Assembly: GCA_002269645.1 (NCBI GenBank)
Contig: NIVC01000319.1
Location: 434,001-498,000 of the forward strand
Direction: 5' to 3'
Origin: Macrostomum lignano
Taxonomy: Eukaryota
DNA: 64,000 nt
Shown here: one piece after another, positions 47,493 through 59,833 of the stretch
Position numbering within the stretch: position 1 is the stretch's first letter
Layout: every line of letters starts with the position of its first letter
Notes under the pieces: model-generated
What the model saw: the letters and a program-made list of their open reading frames with translations, nothing else
Told to the model about the DNA's origin: nothing
Databases searched by the model: none
Program-made: the position numbers and the translations under genes

Positions 47493-50400
47493 TCACTCCA
47501 GGACCTCCGCTCGCTTCTGCGCCACGCGCTCCTGGCGCCGCTTCCTGGCCTCCCTGGCGCGGGTCCGCCTGGCCTCGGCCTGGTCCATAAGCTGCTTAGT
47601 GCGAGCCCGCTCCGCCTTCTTCCTGTGGATGTGCTCAACCAGGACGCGCTTGTTCTTGAATCCGTTGCCCTTGCAGCTCATGTACAGCTGGTGGTACAGG
47701 TGCTTGTCGAGCTTCTTGGCCTCGCGGTAGCGCTTGAGCAGGCGGCGAAGGACGCGCATGCGGCGCATCCAGAGCACCTTCTCGGGCATGCGGGCGTTAG
47801 CCGTGCCCTTGCGCTTGCCCTGGCCCATGTGGCGGCCCTTGCGCCTGGCGATCAGGTTCTTGCGGCAGCGGGCGCGCGAGTGGACAGCTACCGGCTTGCG
47901 GATGATCAGGCCGTCCTTGACGAGCTTGCGGATGTTCTGCCGGCTGTTGGCATTGGCGATTTCGCTGTTCTCGTTGGGGTCCAGCCAGATCTTAGCTTTG
48001 CCGCACTTGAGAACCGCGGCGGCCAGGCGCTTCTGTAGGCGCAGGTTGCTAGGTGGTGGAGAGGGCAGGGGCGATTGGGAATGAGGATTAATATGATTGC
48101 AGCCTGAATTACAGTGGCATTTGCGATCTTGAGTACAGTGTTGAACAATAAAACAGAATACAACAATATATAAAAATAAGATATAATTTAATTTACAAAC
48201 CAGCCAGTGTTTTTGTCTATCAGCTATGCTAGCCTATAGTGCAAGACCTTCACTATAGCAAAGCACTAAATTAGATACCAAAAGTACCAAGCATAAGATA
48301 CAATAGAATAAAAAATTGCAACCATAGCTAAAACCAAAAGTACAGCAAAGCTTTTGAGTATTTTTGAAATCATATCCTATGATTTTATCCTAGCTTGGAA
48401 AGAAGTTTGAATTTATAATTTATAATATTTTGATATATTAAACCTAAACTACAAAACATGAAAATGTAATCTTTTTCAGTTACAGAGTGGCCTAAAGAGC
48501 TTTTTAAGAATCTGGGCAGTGTGGTAATTACTGTTTTAGCAGCTGTTTCTTGTTAGTTATATTATCATTATATACAGTCTATTATGCATACTAGAACAAA
48601 AATCTATATTAGGCAAATAAATGCCAGTTTATGCAAAAAACAGAACAATTCCTTAAAATACTGTATATGCAAAAATCTCTTAAAGGAAATCAGCTGACTT
48701 TTTAATGAGAACAAAACTAAATGAACTCTTGACCGGGTGATTCCCAAGGTTGCACATGTATGTGCACAAGCTTGGGAATCACCTGATTGTTTCTATTGGC
48801 AATATGCACATGTAAGTTGCAATTGGTTAAGAGTAATCATGTGACTACTAACTATTTTGTCCAATAGTAGCATGTTAATTTAGATTATATAATAAGACAC
48901 ACACAGAGTTTTGATTTTTATAGGTTGAGATTTTTGTTAGCTTTAGTAGACTGAATACTAACTGAATAAGAAATTGATTGTCAAAACTGCTTTGTGTGGC
49001 TTTTACTTTAATTGACTTGATTTGAATGTTGAATTACAAGTGCTACAATTCATATTATTGAAACAAAAAAGAGCTAGCCTAAAAGTGAACATACATGCGC
49101 AACAGTCGGCCGAGTCAGCCGATCTGGCTGACCGATTTGGCGGCCAACCAAGGAAGTCGCAAAAATGCCCACCCGAAAAAATACCAAAGTATTAGTACTA
49201 AGTAGCTGACGAGGCATTTTGACTTAATAGGACAGTTATAGTTACTCCTGCCGTTTACCCAAAGTTGCGGTAATTTTGTGTTGAGGTTTTTTACATGTAA
49301 GTTGCATTTTTGACCAAAAACTATGTCGCATTTTTGTTAAAACTAAGTCGCATGGCCAACCGAATTTTGGAGGTTGTGCATGTATGGAAGTGAATAGATT
49401 GAACTGCTAATGTAGCAAAATAGCAATGCAGATTTGAATACTAAGGGAAACTTGCTATGGGAGGAATGCTAGCTATCTGGGGTTGCTTGCTTTATATAAG
49501 GGTTGTTTGCTTTTGGGGATGCTTGTTTGGGAGAATTGCTCAAATGTCGAGACTTACTAAAATAATAACCTGAATAACTGAGATATCAAGGCTTACTAGA
49601 GAAATTGCTAAGATATAATTTACTAATAGAATTATTGAGATGTTAAGCCTTGAGAAAAAAATGTTGAGATAGCAAGGCTTAAAAGGAAATACTATGATGG
49701 CAAGGCCTAAATGGCATTGCTGAGATATCAATGCTTATAAAGGAATTGTTAAGATGTAAAGGCTTATAGAAATGGAAATGCTCATCCCTATGGTCCCATA
49801 CCAATAATTCCAATTTTATCCACACAGATCTGTCTTGATAATTTCCAACTTATCCCTACAGCAACTTATTGAAATAGCTGCCACCATTCAAGTATTTAGA
49901 CCGTGTCAATAATTCTAATTTCATTCACACAGATCCATGTCAATAATTTTCAGCTTATCCTCATGGCAGATTAGAAGAGGGAATCTTAAAATGAATCTGT
50001 AAAAAGCTGTCTATTTGTTTTCACTGTTTTACAAATCTTCCTATTCAAATAAACTACTGAATACTAAAAACTTTTTCATCATTGAAAGGGTTAATTTTAA
50101 ATATTTGCTTAGCTGTCAGATTTGCTTAGAACAACTGAACAATCCTAAGATTGAGGCAAATAAGACTTGCAAAATTCAAAATTTAATATGTAATAATAAT
50201 GATTAATAATACTAATAATAATGACAATATAGATTTAATGTTAGTATTATAAAACTAAATACAAACAACTGCACAATCTTAGCTGTGGGGATAAGCTAAA
50301 AATTATTAACATGGATCCATGTGGATAAAATTGTAATTATTGACATGGCCTATAGACCTGAATGGTGGCAGCTATTTCAATTAGCTGCTATGGGGATAAG

Positions 50401-53400
50401 CTTGAAATTATTGACATGGATAGGTATAGATAAAATTGAAATTATTAGTATAGGACCATGGGGATAAGCATTTCTTAGGGAAATTGCTAAGATATCAAGT
50501 CTTGGGGGAATTACTAGGCCTAAGATATTAAGGCTTGCTAAGGGAATTACAAAAATGTCAAGTCTTATAGAGTCTTGGGGTGGGAATAGCTGATGTCAAG
50601 GCTTTGAATTGCTTAGATGTCAAGGCTTAAGCTAAGGGCAATTGCTAAGATATAAAGGCTAAGGTTAGAAGCTACATATATAGTTATTAAAAAATTATTA
50701 TATCCTTTGTTTGCTCCCTAATAGGAAAGAAGAGATTGCTAGTTTTATTCTAGACACTTTCAAATAAATAGCACTTAGGCCAACTATATTATGCAATTTA
50801 AACTCCTATATATCCTATTGAAAATGAGGGTAAATATTAAGAAGTTATTCAACTAATAGCCTGAAAGTTGATTAACAGGGTCCTAGTCATTTTGTCAACT
50901 GGCCATTTTGTCAACTTGGTTTTATCACTGGTTGTTTCGTCAACTAGCCAATGAAGCAATCTCAAACCTTAGTCACTTCGTCAACTGGCCAACAAGAAGT
51001 GTTCCAACATTGGTCAGTTCATCAACTGCCAATAAACTACCCCCCGCAGCTGCAAAAAAGTAAAACTGAACCCTGAAATGACTAAGTTGACAGGCTAATT
51101 AATATTCATACCCTTCTGCAACATCTGCCGACTTTCGATTGATGCATCTCTGTTATACGCTTGTACATGTACTAACAAAATATAATGTGCTCATGTGTTT
51201 GAAATGTGTGCAGCACGACGAGGTTGACATCCCATGTTACACATTTGTATATGTTAAATTTTGAGTGCAGAAGTTAAGAAGTAGTACATATAGTTGAGGA
51301 GTACCCGGACCAAAGATAATGCTTAAAGTGGCCGGGTCCTCTATTCGCAAAACATACACATATAGAAAGCATTCCAAATCAAGCCATTATATACATTAAT
51401 GTGGCCATGTATGACTGCATAGCAGGTTGCTTGGATGGAACAGGTTGGCGTGGTGATACAAAAGCTGCGTTGTCACTTGCATAGGCAATCTTGAAGGCGG
51501 CACACGGCAGGCCAGCATGCACCACATCAACTTATTAATTGAACAACTTCATCAGCGTCCAGGCAATTGACAATGTATAGCAGGATGGTCTTGATCACCA
51601 CCTCGCCTAGAACAATGCTGCCCTCAAGCAGTCAGCTGCATGTATATTAAGCTGGCTTTGCAGACTGCAGGACTCCCCCAGACTACATGTAAATATACTG
51701 TAGCTCAAGCCAGTAGTGTTGGAACATACTATTTATTGGAACATACTATTTGATGGGAGGGCACATTGCACATAATTTCTTCTAATCTAAGGGCACCCAA
51801 CTCCTGCTGTTATATCAGTTTGTGGCATTATGACATAACTAGGGCCAATATTCAATTCTGTGTTAGAGTAGCCGAAAGTCTAGCTGAAAATGCTCAAATT
51901 TTCAACTAATTCAAAATTGTGCAACTATACTGCACTCATTTCAAGGACTGCGCTTAAGTGACTTCAGTGGTCCAATTGACTGGGGCGCCAGTGCCGTGAG
52001 TTTGCTGAAAGATGTCAATCTGTATCTCGCTCTATGGCTAGTGGGATGGCCACCTTGTCAGGGTCAGCAGCACTTTTGGTAGCATACATGCGAAACCTCC
52101 AAAATTCGGTCGGCCGTGCGACTTAGTTTTAACAAAAATGCGACGTAGTTTTTGGCCAAAATTGCGACTTACATGTAAAAAAAACCCTAAAGCAAAATTA
52201 ACGCAATTTTGGGTAAACGGCAGGAGTAACTATGACTGTCTTATTAAGCCAAAATGCCTCGTCAGCTACTTAGTACTACTACTTGGGTGTTTTTTCGGGT
52301 GGGCATTTTTGCGACTTCCTTGGTTGGCCGCCAAATCGGTCGGCCGGATCGGCCGACTCGGCCGACTGTTGCGCATGTATGTTTGGTAGCTTAAAAGATT
52401 TCTTGCTCATGGCGCAGGGCTTGCAAAACATGGTCATGGCCAAGTCTTGTGCAGCTACATGAGCAAGAATGCACGAATCAAGAGTATGCCGCTGTGGTAC
52501 TACACCCAATATTGCCGATCGGTTTGTGCATCTACCTGTGCCTTTGCATCTGTCTGCTTGTGTCTGCTTGTGCTTTCTTATAGTGCATTGTACATTTTAG
52601 TGTTAAGCATAACAGGAGTGAAATACCTTAATACATGTATGGCATAATCAATTGATGAGCATGCATGAATTGTGTGTAATTATATATTCTGATCAAGACT
52701 CAAGAGCATTACTAGATATCAAGATTCACTGCAGGGGCTTCGGTTGACTATGCACAGCAGGGTGGAGGGGTGGGAAGGTGCACGTAGTCTACCAATTTTC
52801 ACGACTGCATATATAGGGGACTTTATAGCAGTCCTTGATGCCTTTTGATAGGAGAAATACCCATGTTATATAGTCGCATGTATGGTCGCATAACAAACAA
52901 ATACTCAAAGATTCATTAATCTTAAGGGTGACATATCTGCATAGAATATTTTTGCATTGAAACATTTAACCTAATGGACATACAGTCTGATATTGCAAAA
53001 TTGCAAAATTTGTTCATTTTTAAAAAATAAAGCAATTAATAAAACAAGTCATTGATATAACAATAATTGTAAGCTATATACAAGATATGCAGCCGTATCA
53101 GCTACATACATATATCATTCATATAATAAAAATTTTAGTCACTTTGTCAACAAGCAAATGGGAAGGACCTAGGTATTGGTCACTTCATCAACTACCAATA
53201 AAGTCGCCCCAACACTTTGGTCACTTCGTCAACCAAGTTGACGGAATGCCAGTTGACAAAATGACCATCACCCGATTAACACAATTTTAGACAAATAAGT
53301 TTCTAGTTTATTTGTCTGCTGAAATATTTATTATTTTCTTTTAAAATTGCTTGCTAAAAATTGTTTTTCTAAAAATTGCAGCAACTGAGCAAATATTTCA

Positions 53401-53631
53401 AGGACTGTCAGTGGACATTGGTATATTGCATTGCAAAACAAATATAATATAAAATGGATGGAGACGAAGTGTAGGCTAGGCTATGATAAAAAATTTAAAA
53501 AAAATTAAATATAATTGGACACTTATTAGACAATAGATATCAGACTGGCAGTTTTCACAATAGGCCCTAGTTAGGCCTAATTCAACATGTAATTCAAGCA
53601 AATAAATAATGAAAGAGCAGTCTTACCTCAT
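47493..53631 (-). CDS. RPL19: 60S ribosomal protein L19 (eL19); exons 53631-53627 (ATGAG) and 48048-47493
   Basis: [72 protein letters not shown]. The acceptor CCTAG|C needs a phase-2 ATGAG first exon, and ATGAG|GTAAGA is present at 53631-53621. The first-exon placement is less certain than the main exon. Confidence 0.95.
49090..49386. mobile_element. hAT-type MITE, copy 2
   Basis: Same TIR family in reverse orientation; TSD AAAGTGAA / GAAGTGAA (7 of 8). Confidence 0.88.
49775..50474. mobile_element. Foldback-like element: about 200-bp imperfect inverted arms around an AT-rich spacer
   Basis: 49775-49975 is the reverse complement of about 50280-50474 (e.g. GAAATAGCTGCCACCATTCA / TGAATGGTGGCAGCTATTTC). 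It sits inside a degenerate GAAATTGCTAAGATATCAAGGCTT array. No TSD resolved. Confidence 0.65.
50876..53275. mobile_element. 2.4-kb non-autonomous DNA transposon flanked by TTAA
   Basis: Inverted ends GTCATTTTGTCAACTGGC..GTCAACTTGGT / ACCAAGTTGAC..GCCAGTTGACAAAATGAC, subterminal GTCACTTCGTCAAC repeats at both ends, and TTAA at 50872-50875 and 53276-53279. Confidence 0.65.
52083..52381. mobile_element. hAT-type MITE, copy 3 (nested in the TTAA element)
   Basis: Same TIR family; perfect TSD TTTGGTAG. Confidence 0.9.
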
Positions 53632-53644
53632 TCTTCAAAAGAAG
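53632..53644 (-). promoter_or_regulatory. Candidate 5' TOP-like pyrimidine tract of RPL19
   Basis: Minus strand CTTCTTTTGAAGA directly precedes ATGAG|GTAAGA. 5' TOP tracts are typical of ribosomal protein mRNAs. Confidence 0.5.
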
Positions 53645-55549
53645 TATATGGCCAAATCAGGGCCTTTGCTAAAGAATGTATTGTACTCCTAATTCTGCTC
53701 ACTAATGCTAAATTTAATATTTACATGTAAACGTTCCGTCATTTGTCTTGCACTAAGGTAATATTTTTTCCTTTACAAGGATAAAAAAGTTTAATTAAAT
53801 TTATTTATTGAAGAGAATAAAAGCTTTTAAACAATGTTAGCTGAGCGAAGTGTTGTATTTTTTGTTAATATCGTTTGTCCTTAAAATTAAATGTGGCCGC
53901 ACTTTTTTAAATATTTATCATTATAAAAATTTTTAAATGACTAACGTAAATATTGCCAATATATAGAATCTCTTTACATTTCGTCTTTCGATATTTGATA
54001 TTGACTGATTAAGACCTATATACTTATTTTAAGCACCTACTGGATGCATTGCCCTCCATCAAGTTTATGCAGTACCCGTTTTATAATTCCTTATATGTAC
54101 TTTTCGTTTAGTTAGCCGTTAAACTTGAAGTTCGAACGAAGATTCGTAGAAATTTTTTACAAAACTCGTACTTTAAAGATACCCTCCTGGCCTCTTGAAT
54201 TACTATTAAATACATAGAATTATACTGGCCAAACATGATTTTTGCCTGAGCCAAACTTAGTACTACTACTACTACTTTCAATCCTAGGTTGAACCTTGAA
54301 CTGTCTGTTCATATAGGCCTAGCCTGAGCCACAAAATCTAATTCCTATCTACTAAAAAACTTTAAATATTATTTATTAACTAAGGCTTTGCCATTTTTAC
54401 TTAATCGCTTTGCTTTTAGTATTAATGCTTCAAAGTTATAATGTTTACTAAATCTGGCTTTTTGTCAAAGCCAATCTTTATTGATGCAGGGATTCCCCAA
54501 GTTATATTCAAGATTGATATTTGGAAATAACAAAATCTCTGCTTTTAAAGCACCAAATGCCATGATTTTTTACAGAAGAAACATCACCCACGAGATAAAC
54601 TGACTTTATAAAAATACGGCTACAGATTGAAAGGATTTTTTACAATTTGCCAAAAACTGGTGCTTCCCTATCTCTACAGTGTAATAAATTGATATTTGAT
54701 TTTGAGTATTTCTGCTTGCTCTCTGTTGCTGAAAATTGACATGCAGGACTTCACCCAGACACTAATCAATTATCATAACTCAAACTGAACTCAAAGCTTC
54801 ATGCTTGAGAACTATTTGAGAAAAACTGATGTTCCTTTTTATATAGCATAGTGTAACATTTTATATTAAGTTGAAAGTTTTTTTGCACTGAATAAATTAT
54901 AATTTAGATGAAACTCAATTAGCTTTTTAGTCTTAATTGTTTAATTAAATAATAATTTAATAATTAGATTAAAAAAGCAGACGGAATACTTGCCGATTGT
55001 GGAAAAAGTTTAAAAAGCATGTTAACTTATAGCATAGCACCTGCATTTTCATCTAGCAAAAATGAAGCAAAACAAGCAGTTTTTGTTCCTTTCTGCTGTT
55101 AAATGCATTCTATGGGTCACATTGTAGACCAAATGCATTTGTCTTAAGAATTGCTCTCTTTATAATTTTATCCTGCTTGTCGAAGTAAGACATCATCCAA
55201 AAGGAATGTCTTGTTGTCTAGTAAAAGAGAACGAAGAAATTGACTACTCAGATTAAGTATGACAGTAGACCGGCTGATATACTAAAACTTTACCAAAAGC
55301 TAAAACTTTTTGCACAAATTCTCATGTATTGTTACATGCTTCTCTATAGACCAAAAATAAGACCTGCATCTATTTCTGAAGAGTCAGGGTCAAAAAAATA
55401 AAAAACTTGGCCTTCTAAACTTTTTGCACAAATTTGGAATGGTGTGTCCTTATAGTCTAGAAGTCCTTGAATAGTGTACGCGTCATGCATATTTAATGCT
55501 GCACAAAGCTAAGCCTTTGAATTGTATGCTAATCAATCAGTTGAGTAAA

Positions 55550-55900
55550 TTGGTGTAGTTCGAGCAGTAGAAGTTTGTCTCTTCTTGCATTGTCGATGCA
55601 CAGATGCAGTGGATCTAGTCTAGACAGGATAAGCACTCGATCTACCAGTAGTGCATGCACAAGAATTAAAATTAAAAGTAAAGTGAATTGTGTGTATGTA
55701 TGGATATTTGGCACAGAGGCTGTAGCAGGTATTTACATGTATATATGTACAAGAATTTTACAACTCACCCAATAAATTGTTGCTGCACTGTCTGCTTTTG
55801 GTGGCTCTTCTGCTTGACAAATGGCACAAGAACCTTGGTTGCTATCGACATCACTTTTGCTGATTACTCGAGCAACAAAATCGAATATAGCTACATCTAC
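55550..55900 (-). pseudogene. Spliced PHD-finger remnant inside the MULE-like element
   Basis: CAICQAEEPP..TIYW|GTGAGT intron TAG|IECLSCLD*IHCIC..FYCSNY gives C4HC3 spacing with TGG>TAG and TGC>TAC lesions. Confidence 0.6.
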
Positions 55901-56001
55901 ATGCACATGTAATATACTGGAGATAGGAACATCATTTTTTCTCAAATAGTTCTCAAGCATGAAGCTTTGAGTTCAGTTTGAGTTATGATAATTGATTAGT
56001 G

Positions 56002-56927
56002 TGTAACAGGGGGTTTGCTTCCCTCTTTAGTTATCCCACTGCTGGTACCAAAAGCTGTCGTAGGGCTCTTAATTATTCCTTTTGCTAGCCTTACTAGCTG
56101 CCACCAAAGTTGTTTCAGGGGTGATTCTTTCTTCTTAATAGTAATTTCACACTGTCACCAAAAGCTATCACAGGGCTAATTTACTAATCTCTTAAGTGTT
56201 CTTCTTAGGTTGGTAGCTGCCACCAGGATTATCCTATTAATAAATTGTGAGTTTATCAATCTTAGAATAATCCGAGAAATGTTTCTTAGAATAGGTCTGG
56301 GTATTTAGTCTGAGTATTTAGTCTGAGTATTTAGTCTGAGTATTATTCTTAGAAAAACTATTAGCCCTGAAAGGTGTACTCTTCTGATTATTCTGGTAGC
56401 GTTCTATTATTCTGGTAGCGTTCTACTTAATAATGGCCTGAGCGGTATTTTGGCTTACTGGTATATGTATTTCATGTACTTTGCAAGTCCTTGGGCGTTA
56501 CCGAGATCAGAGGGTCACAGCCTCCGGTTATTCTTACACGTATTACTTCAGATCTACTTCGCAACTTCTTACTACTCAACACCTTCCTTCTTAGTAGTAT
56601 ATATGGTCCACACTTCCGTCTACTTCACTCTTACTTCTTGAAAGGAATTAACACAGAAAACACTTCTTCAATTCTTATTTTCTCGGAACTCTTATTAACT
56701 GCTATTAATCGGTATGATTGCGAACCGCGATGCGCGAGGTTGGCAAGTTGCTCCTTCCTCCGCCGAAATTTGCTTGTATTTATACTAATTTGACTCGTAG
56801 ATTAAAACAAAAATTATATTTGTAAAATATTATGAAAAAATCGTACAGTATAACAAATTATTTACTTAGCGTTTAGGCACGAATTTGAAAACATTATTAC
56901 TCGTAAAATTATAGATCGCCCTGCACA
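56002..56927. mobile_element. Probable solo LTR inserted in the right TIR of the MULE-like element
   Basis: TGTAACA...TGCACA ends with 4-bp TSD AGTG. Removing it restores a continuous inverted arm. Confidence 0.75.
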
Positions 56928-57957
56928 AGTGTCTGGGTGAAGTCCTGCATGTCAATTTTCAGCAACAAAGAGCAAGCAGAAGTACTCAAAATTGAATATC
57001 AATTTATTACACTGTGGAGATCAAAAAGCACCAGTTTTTGGCAAATTGTAAAAAATCCTTTCAATCTGTAGCCGTAATTTTTTTTAAGTCAGTTTATCTC
57101 GTGGGTGATGTTTCTTCTGTAAAAAATCATGGCGTTTGGTGCTTTAAAAGCAAATATTTTTGTTATTTCCAAATATCGATCTTGAGTATAACTTGGAGAA
57201 TCCCTGCATTCTTTATTGGCATTGCTAGGCCTAGTTAGTCAAATTGTGGCAATCCTCTAGTTTTGCACATTTAATTATTTTTCAAAAAAGGGACTTTATT
57301 AGTTACTGCGAGTAAATATTTGAGCTTGCGCAAGTGTAAAATATTGCAGTTATGTAGCAGATGTTGATATTATGTCTATGATTATGGTTATTATTTATTA
57401 GGCCTAGTTTGAGATGGCTAAAGCCTAATATAAAAAATATTGTCAGGAGAATGATGGTATTTGTGAGTCTAATAGATGTATTGTATACAAAGTTTTTGCA
57501 TCAATAGGACATCTGTGGATTACTATTTTTGGACCATCAACAGACCAAGCATATTTGCTACAATTCTACTTGTAGTAGCATAATGTGCATACCAAAATTT
57601 GGCTTTTAAAATTTTTATTTAATTATTTTTCATTGCTTTTGCGATTATTAAAAACAAAGCAAGTTTGTTTTAGAATTGCTATTCATAGAAATTAATGAAT
57701 GTTATAATAAGTGCTAATAATAATTTCTTGTTTTACCTACCTAAATTATAATTATTCATTTGTATATAATAACTTTACAAACAAACTAAACCAAGTGGTA
57801 TGAGCATATTAGAGAATATTAAAATATGTAGCAAACATATAGTAAAAATAAAACTATTATTCCATGAACCCGCAGATATAACACAATGTGAAGAAAAAGT
57901 AAGCAAAAAGCATATAAAATTTTACAACATATACTAATCAATAGTCATGACAAAAAG

Positions 57958-58110
57958 CAGTTGCGCAGCCAGAAAAGGGCATAGCCCCTCAAAGCTCTAA
58001 AAGTTTTGAAAATGCCATTGCTATTTATATAAAATACTGCTAAGTGGTGTCATTGTAGATAGCCCCCTGCCTTCCTCCCCCCTCCAAAAAAAATCCTGGC
58101 TGTGCTACTG
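57958..58110. mobile_element. Short degenerate MITE
   Basis: TIR CAGTTGCGCAGCCAG / CTGGCTGTGCTACTG (13 of 15 match); no clean TSD. Confidence 0.4.
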
Positions 58111-58939
58111 ATAAAGTGTGTGAGACAAAGAAAAATATATAAAATAAGGTATATAAAAAGTAAATAATTTTTAATAACCTAGCCTTTATTCCTTATCCTT
58201 ATTGCTGTTGCTAAATATATAAGAATATTTGGTTTCTTTTTCAACCTCAGCCTATTACTGGCTCTGCTTGCTGGTTCCCACTGTTGGCCAGCCACCTCTG
58301 TTGTTGCAGTGACCAGTTGCACCGCAGCTTATCTTCTTGCTTCTTTTGCCCATTGCCTTTCTGCTGCGTGCTTCTCTTTTCTAGGTAAAGCTTGATGATA
58401 ACTTTTGATAGGAAAGAGAATGTTGGGAAGTTTTGAAATTAAAATAAAGTACCCAAGTTAAATAGGGGAGAGAAACTGTCAGAGATGGGAAAGAAACAGG
58501 TAGAGGGTTGAGAAACAAGAATCAGATAGGGGTTGATGGGTATATATAGATGGGTCATGGGTATATCTAATGCATTGTCACATTGCACCTTGTTCTTGGC
58601 AGCTTCACCCTCAGAAGTTGTAACCTGCTGTTAGTATAAAGTGCAAACAATTTGACAATTAAATTGTGTTTGTTGTCCATACAGTCTGTTGCCTACATTC
58701 CCGAGATTATGCTATGGACTTCTATATACCTGGATGGAAGCAACTTGAAAAATGACCAAAATCCTATACCTAAAACATAGTACAGAGAGATGGGTAAAAT
58801 CCTCATGCTCAAATCCCATTAGTTCATAAGTGTAAATAGACAAAAATAGTTGGGTCCCTATGTGGTAAAGACTGTAAAATCCCCTTGAAACTATACTTAT
58901 TTATTCTTTAAAATATACCTTATACTAGTACACACAGGC

Positions 58940-59775
58940 ATGTGTGAGCAACTGTCAGAGCCAAAATGAATCACTTCATTATCAAATTGGTTTGCCATCT
59001 AATTGTGTGAGCAACTGTCAGAGCCAAAATGAATCACTTCATTATCAAATTGGTTTGCCATCTAATTGTGTGAGCAACTGTCAGAGCCAAAATGAATCAC
59101 TTCATTGTCAATTTAGTTTGCCATCTAATTGTGTGAGCAACTGTCAGAGCCAAAATGAATCACTTTATTATCAATTTAGTTTGCCATCTAATTGTGTGAG
59201 CAACTGTCAGAGCCAAAATGAATCACTTTATTATCAATTTAGTTTGCCATCTAATTGTGTGAGCAACTGTCAGAGCCAAAATGAATCACTTTATTATCAA
59301 TTTAGTTTGCCATCTAATTGTGTGAGCAACTGTCAGAGCCAAAATGAATCACTTTATTATCAATTTAGTTTGCCATCTAATTGTGTGAGCAACTGTCAGA
59401 GCCAAAATGAATCACTTTATTATCAATTTAGTTTGCCATCTAATTGTGTGAGCAACTGTCAGAGCCAAAATGAATCACTTTATTATCAATTTAGTTTGCC
59501 ATCTAATTGTGTGAGCAACTGTCAGAGCCAAAATGAATCACTTTATTATCAATTTAGTTTGCCATCTAATTGTGTGAGCAACTGTCAGAGCCAAAATGAA
59601 TCACTTTATTATCAATTTAGTTTGCCATCTAATTGTGTGAGCAACTGTCAGAGCCAAAATGAATCACTTCATTATCAAATTGGTTTTCCATCTAATTGTG
59701 TCAGCAACTGTCAGAGCCAAAATTAATCACTTCATTATCAATTTAGTTTGCCATCTAATTGTGTGAGCAACTGCT
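58940..59775. repeat. Minisatellite, 63-bp unit, about 13 copies
   Basis: Tandem TGTGTGAGCAACTGTCAGAGCCAAAATGAATCACTTTATTATCAATTTAGTTTGCCATCTAAT; it explains the 260-aa repetitive ORF. Confidence 0.93.
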
Positions 59776-59833
59776 CCAACCAATGCATGCCCAGTGCAAG
59801 ACTCAATCGCACAGTTATGCCAGGCACTAAGCT

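Larger units (their letters stand above)
54484..57209. mobile_element. Mutator (MULE)/foldback-type element with about 360-bp TIRs
   Basis: 9-bp TSD TCTTTATTG (54475-54483 and 57210-57218). The left arm 54484-54840 is the reverse complement of 55923-56001 joined to 56928-57209. Confidence 0.82.

Noticed and set aside
48049-53626. Intronic snoRNA in RPL19 intron 1
   Set aside because: No convincing box C/D pair with a terminal stem, or H/ACA structure, was seen by eye; a covariance-model search would be needed.
58944-59726. 260-aa ORF of 21-residue repeats as a possible N-terminus of the zinc-finger gene
   Set aside because: It is an AT-rich 63-bp minisatellite with a GTG start and a stop before the ZNF ATG; no splice link was found.
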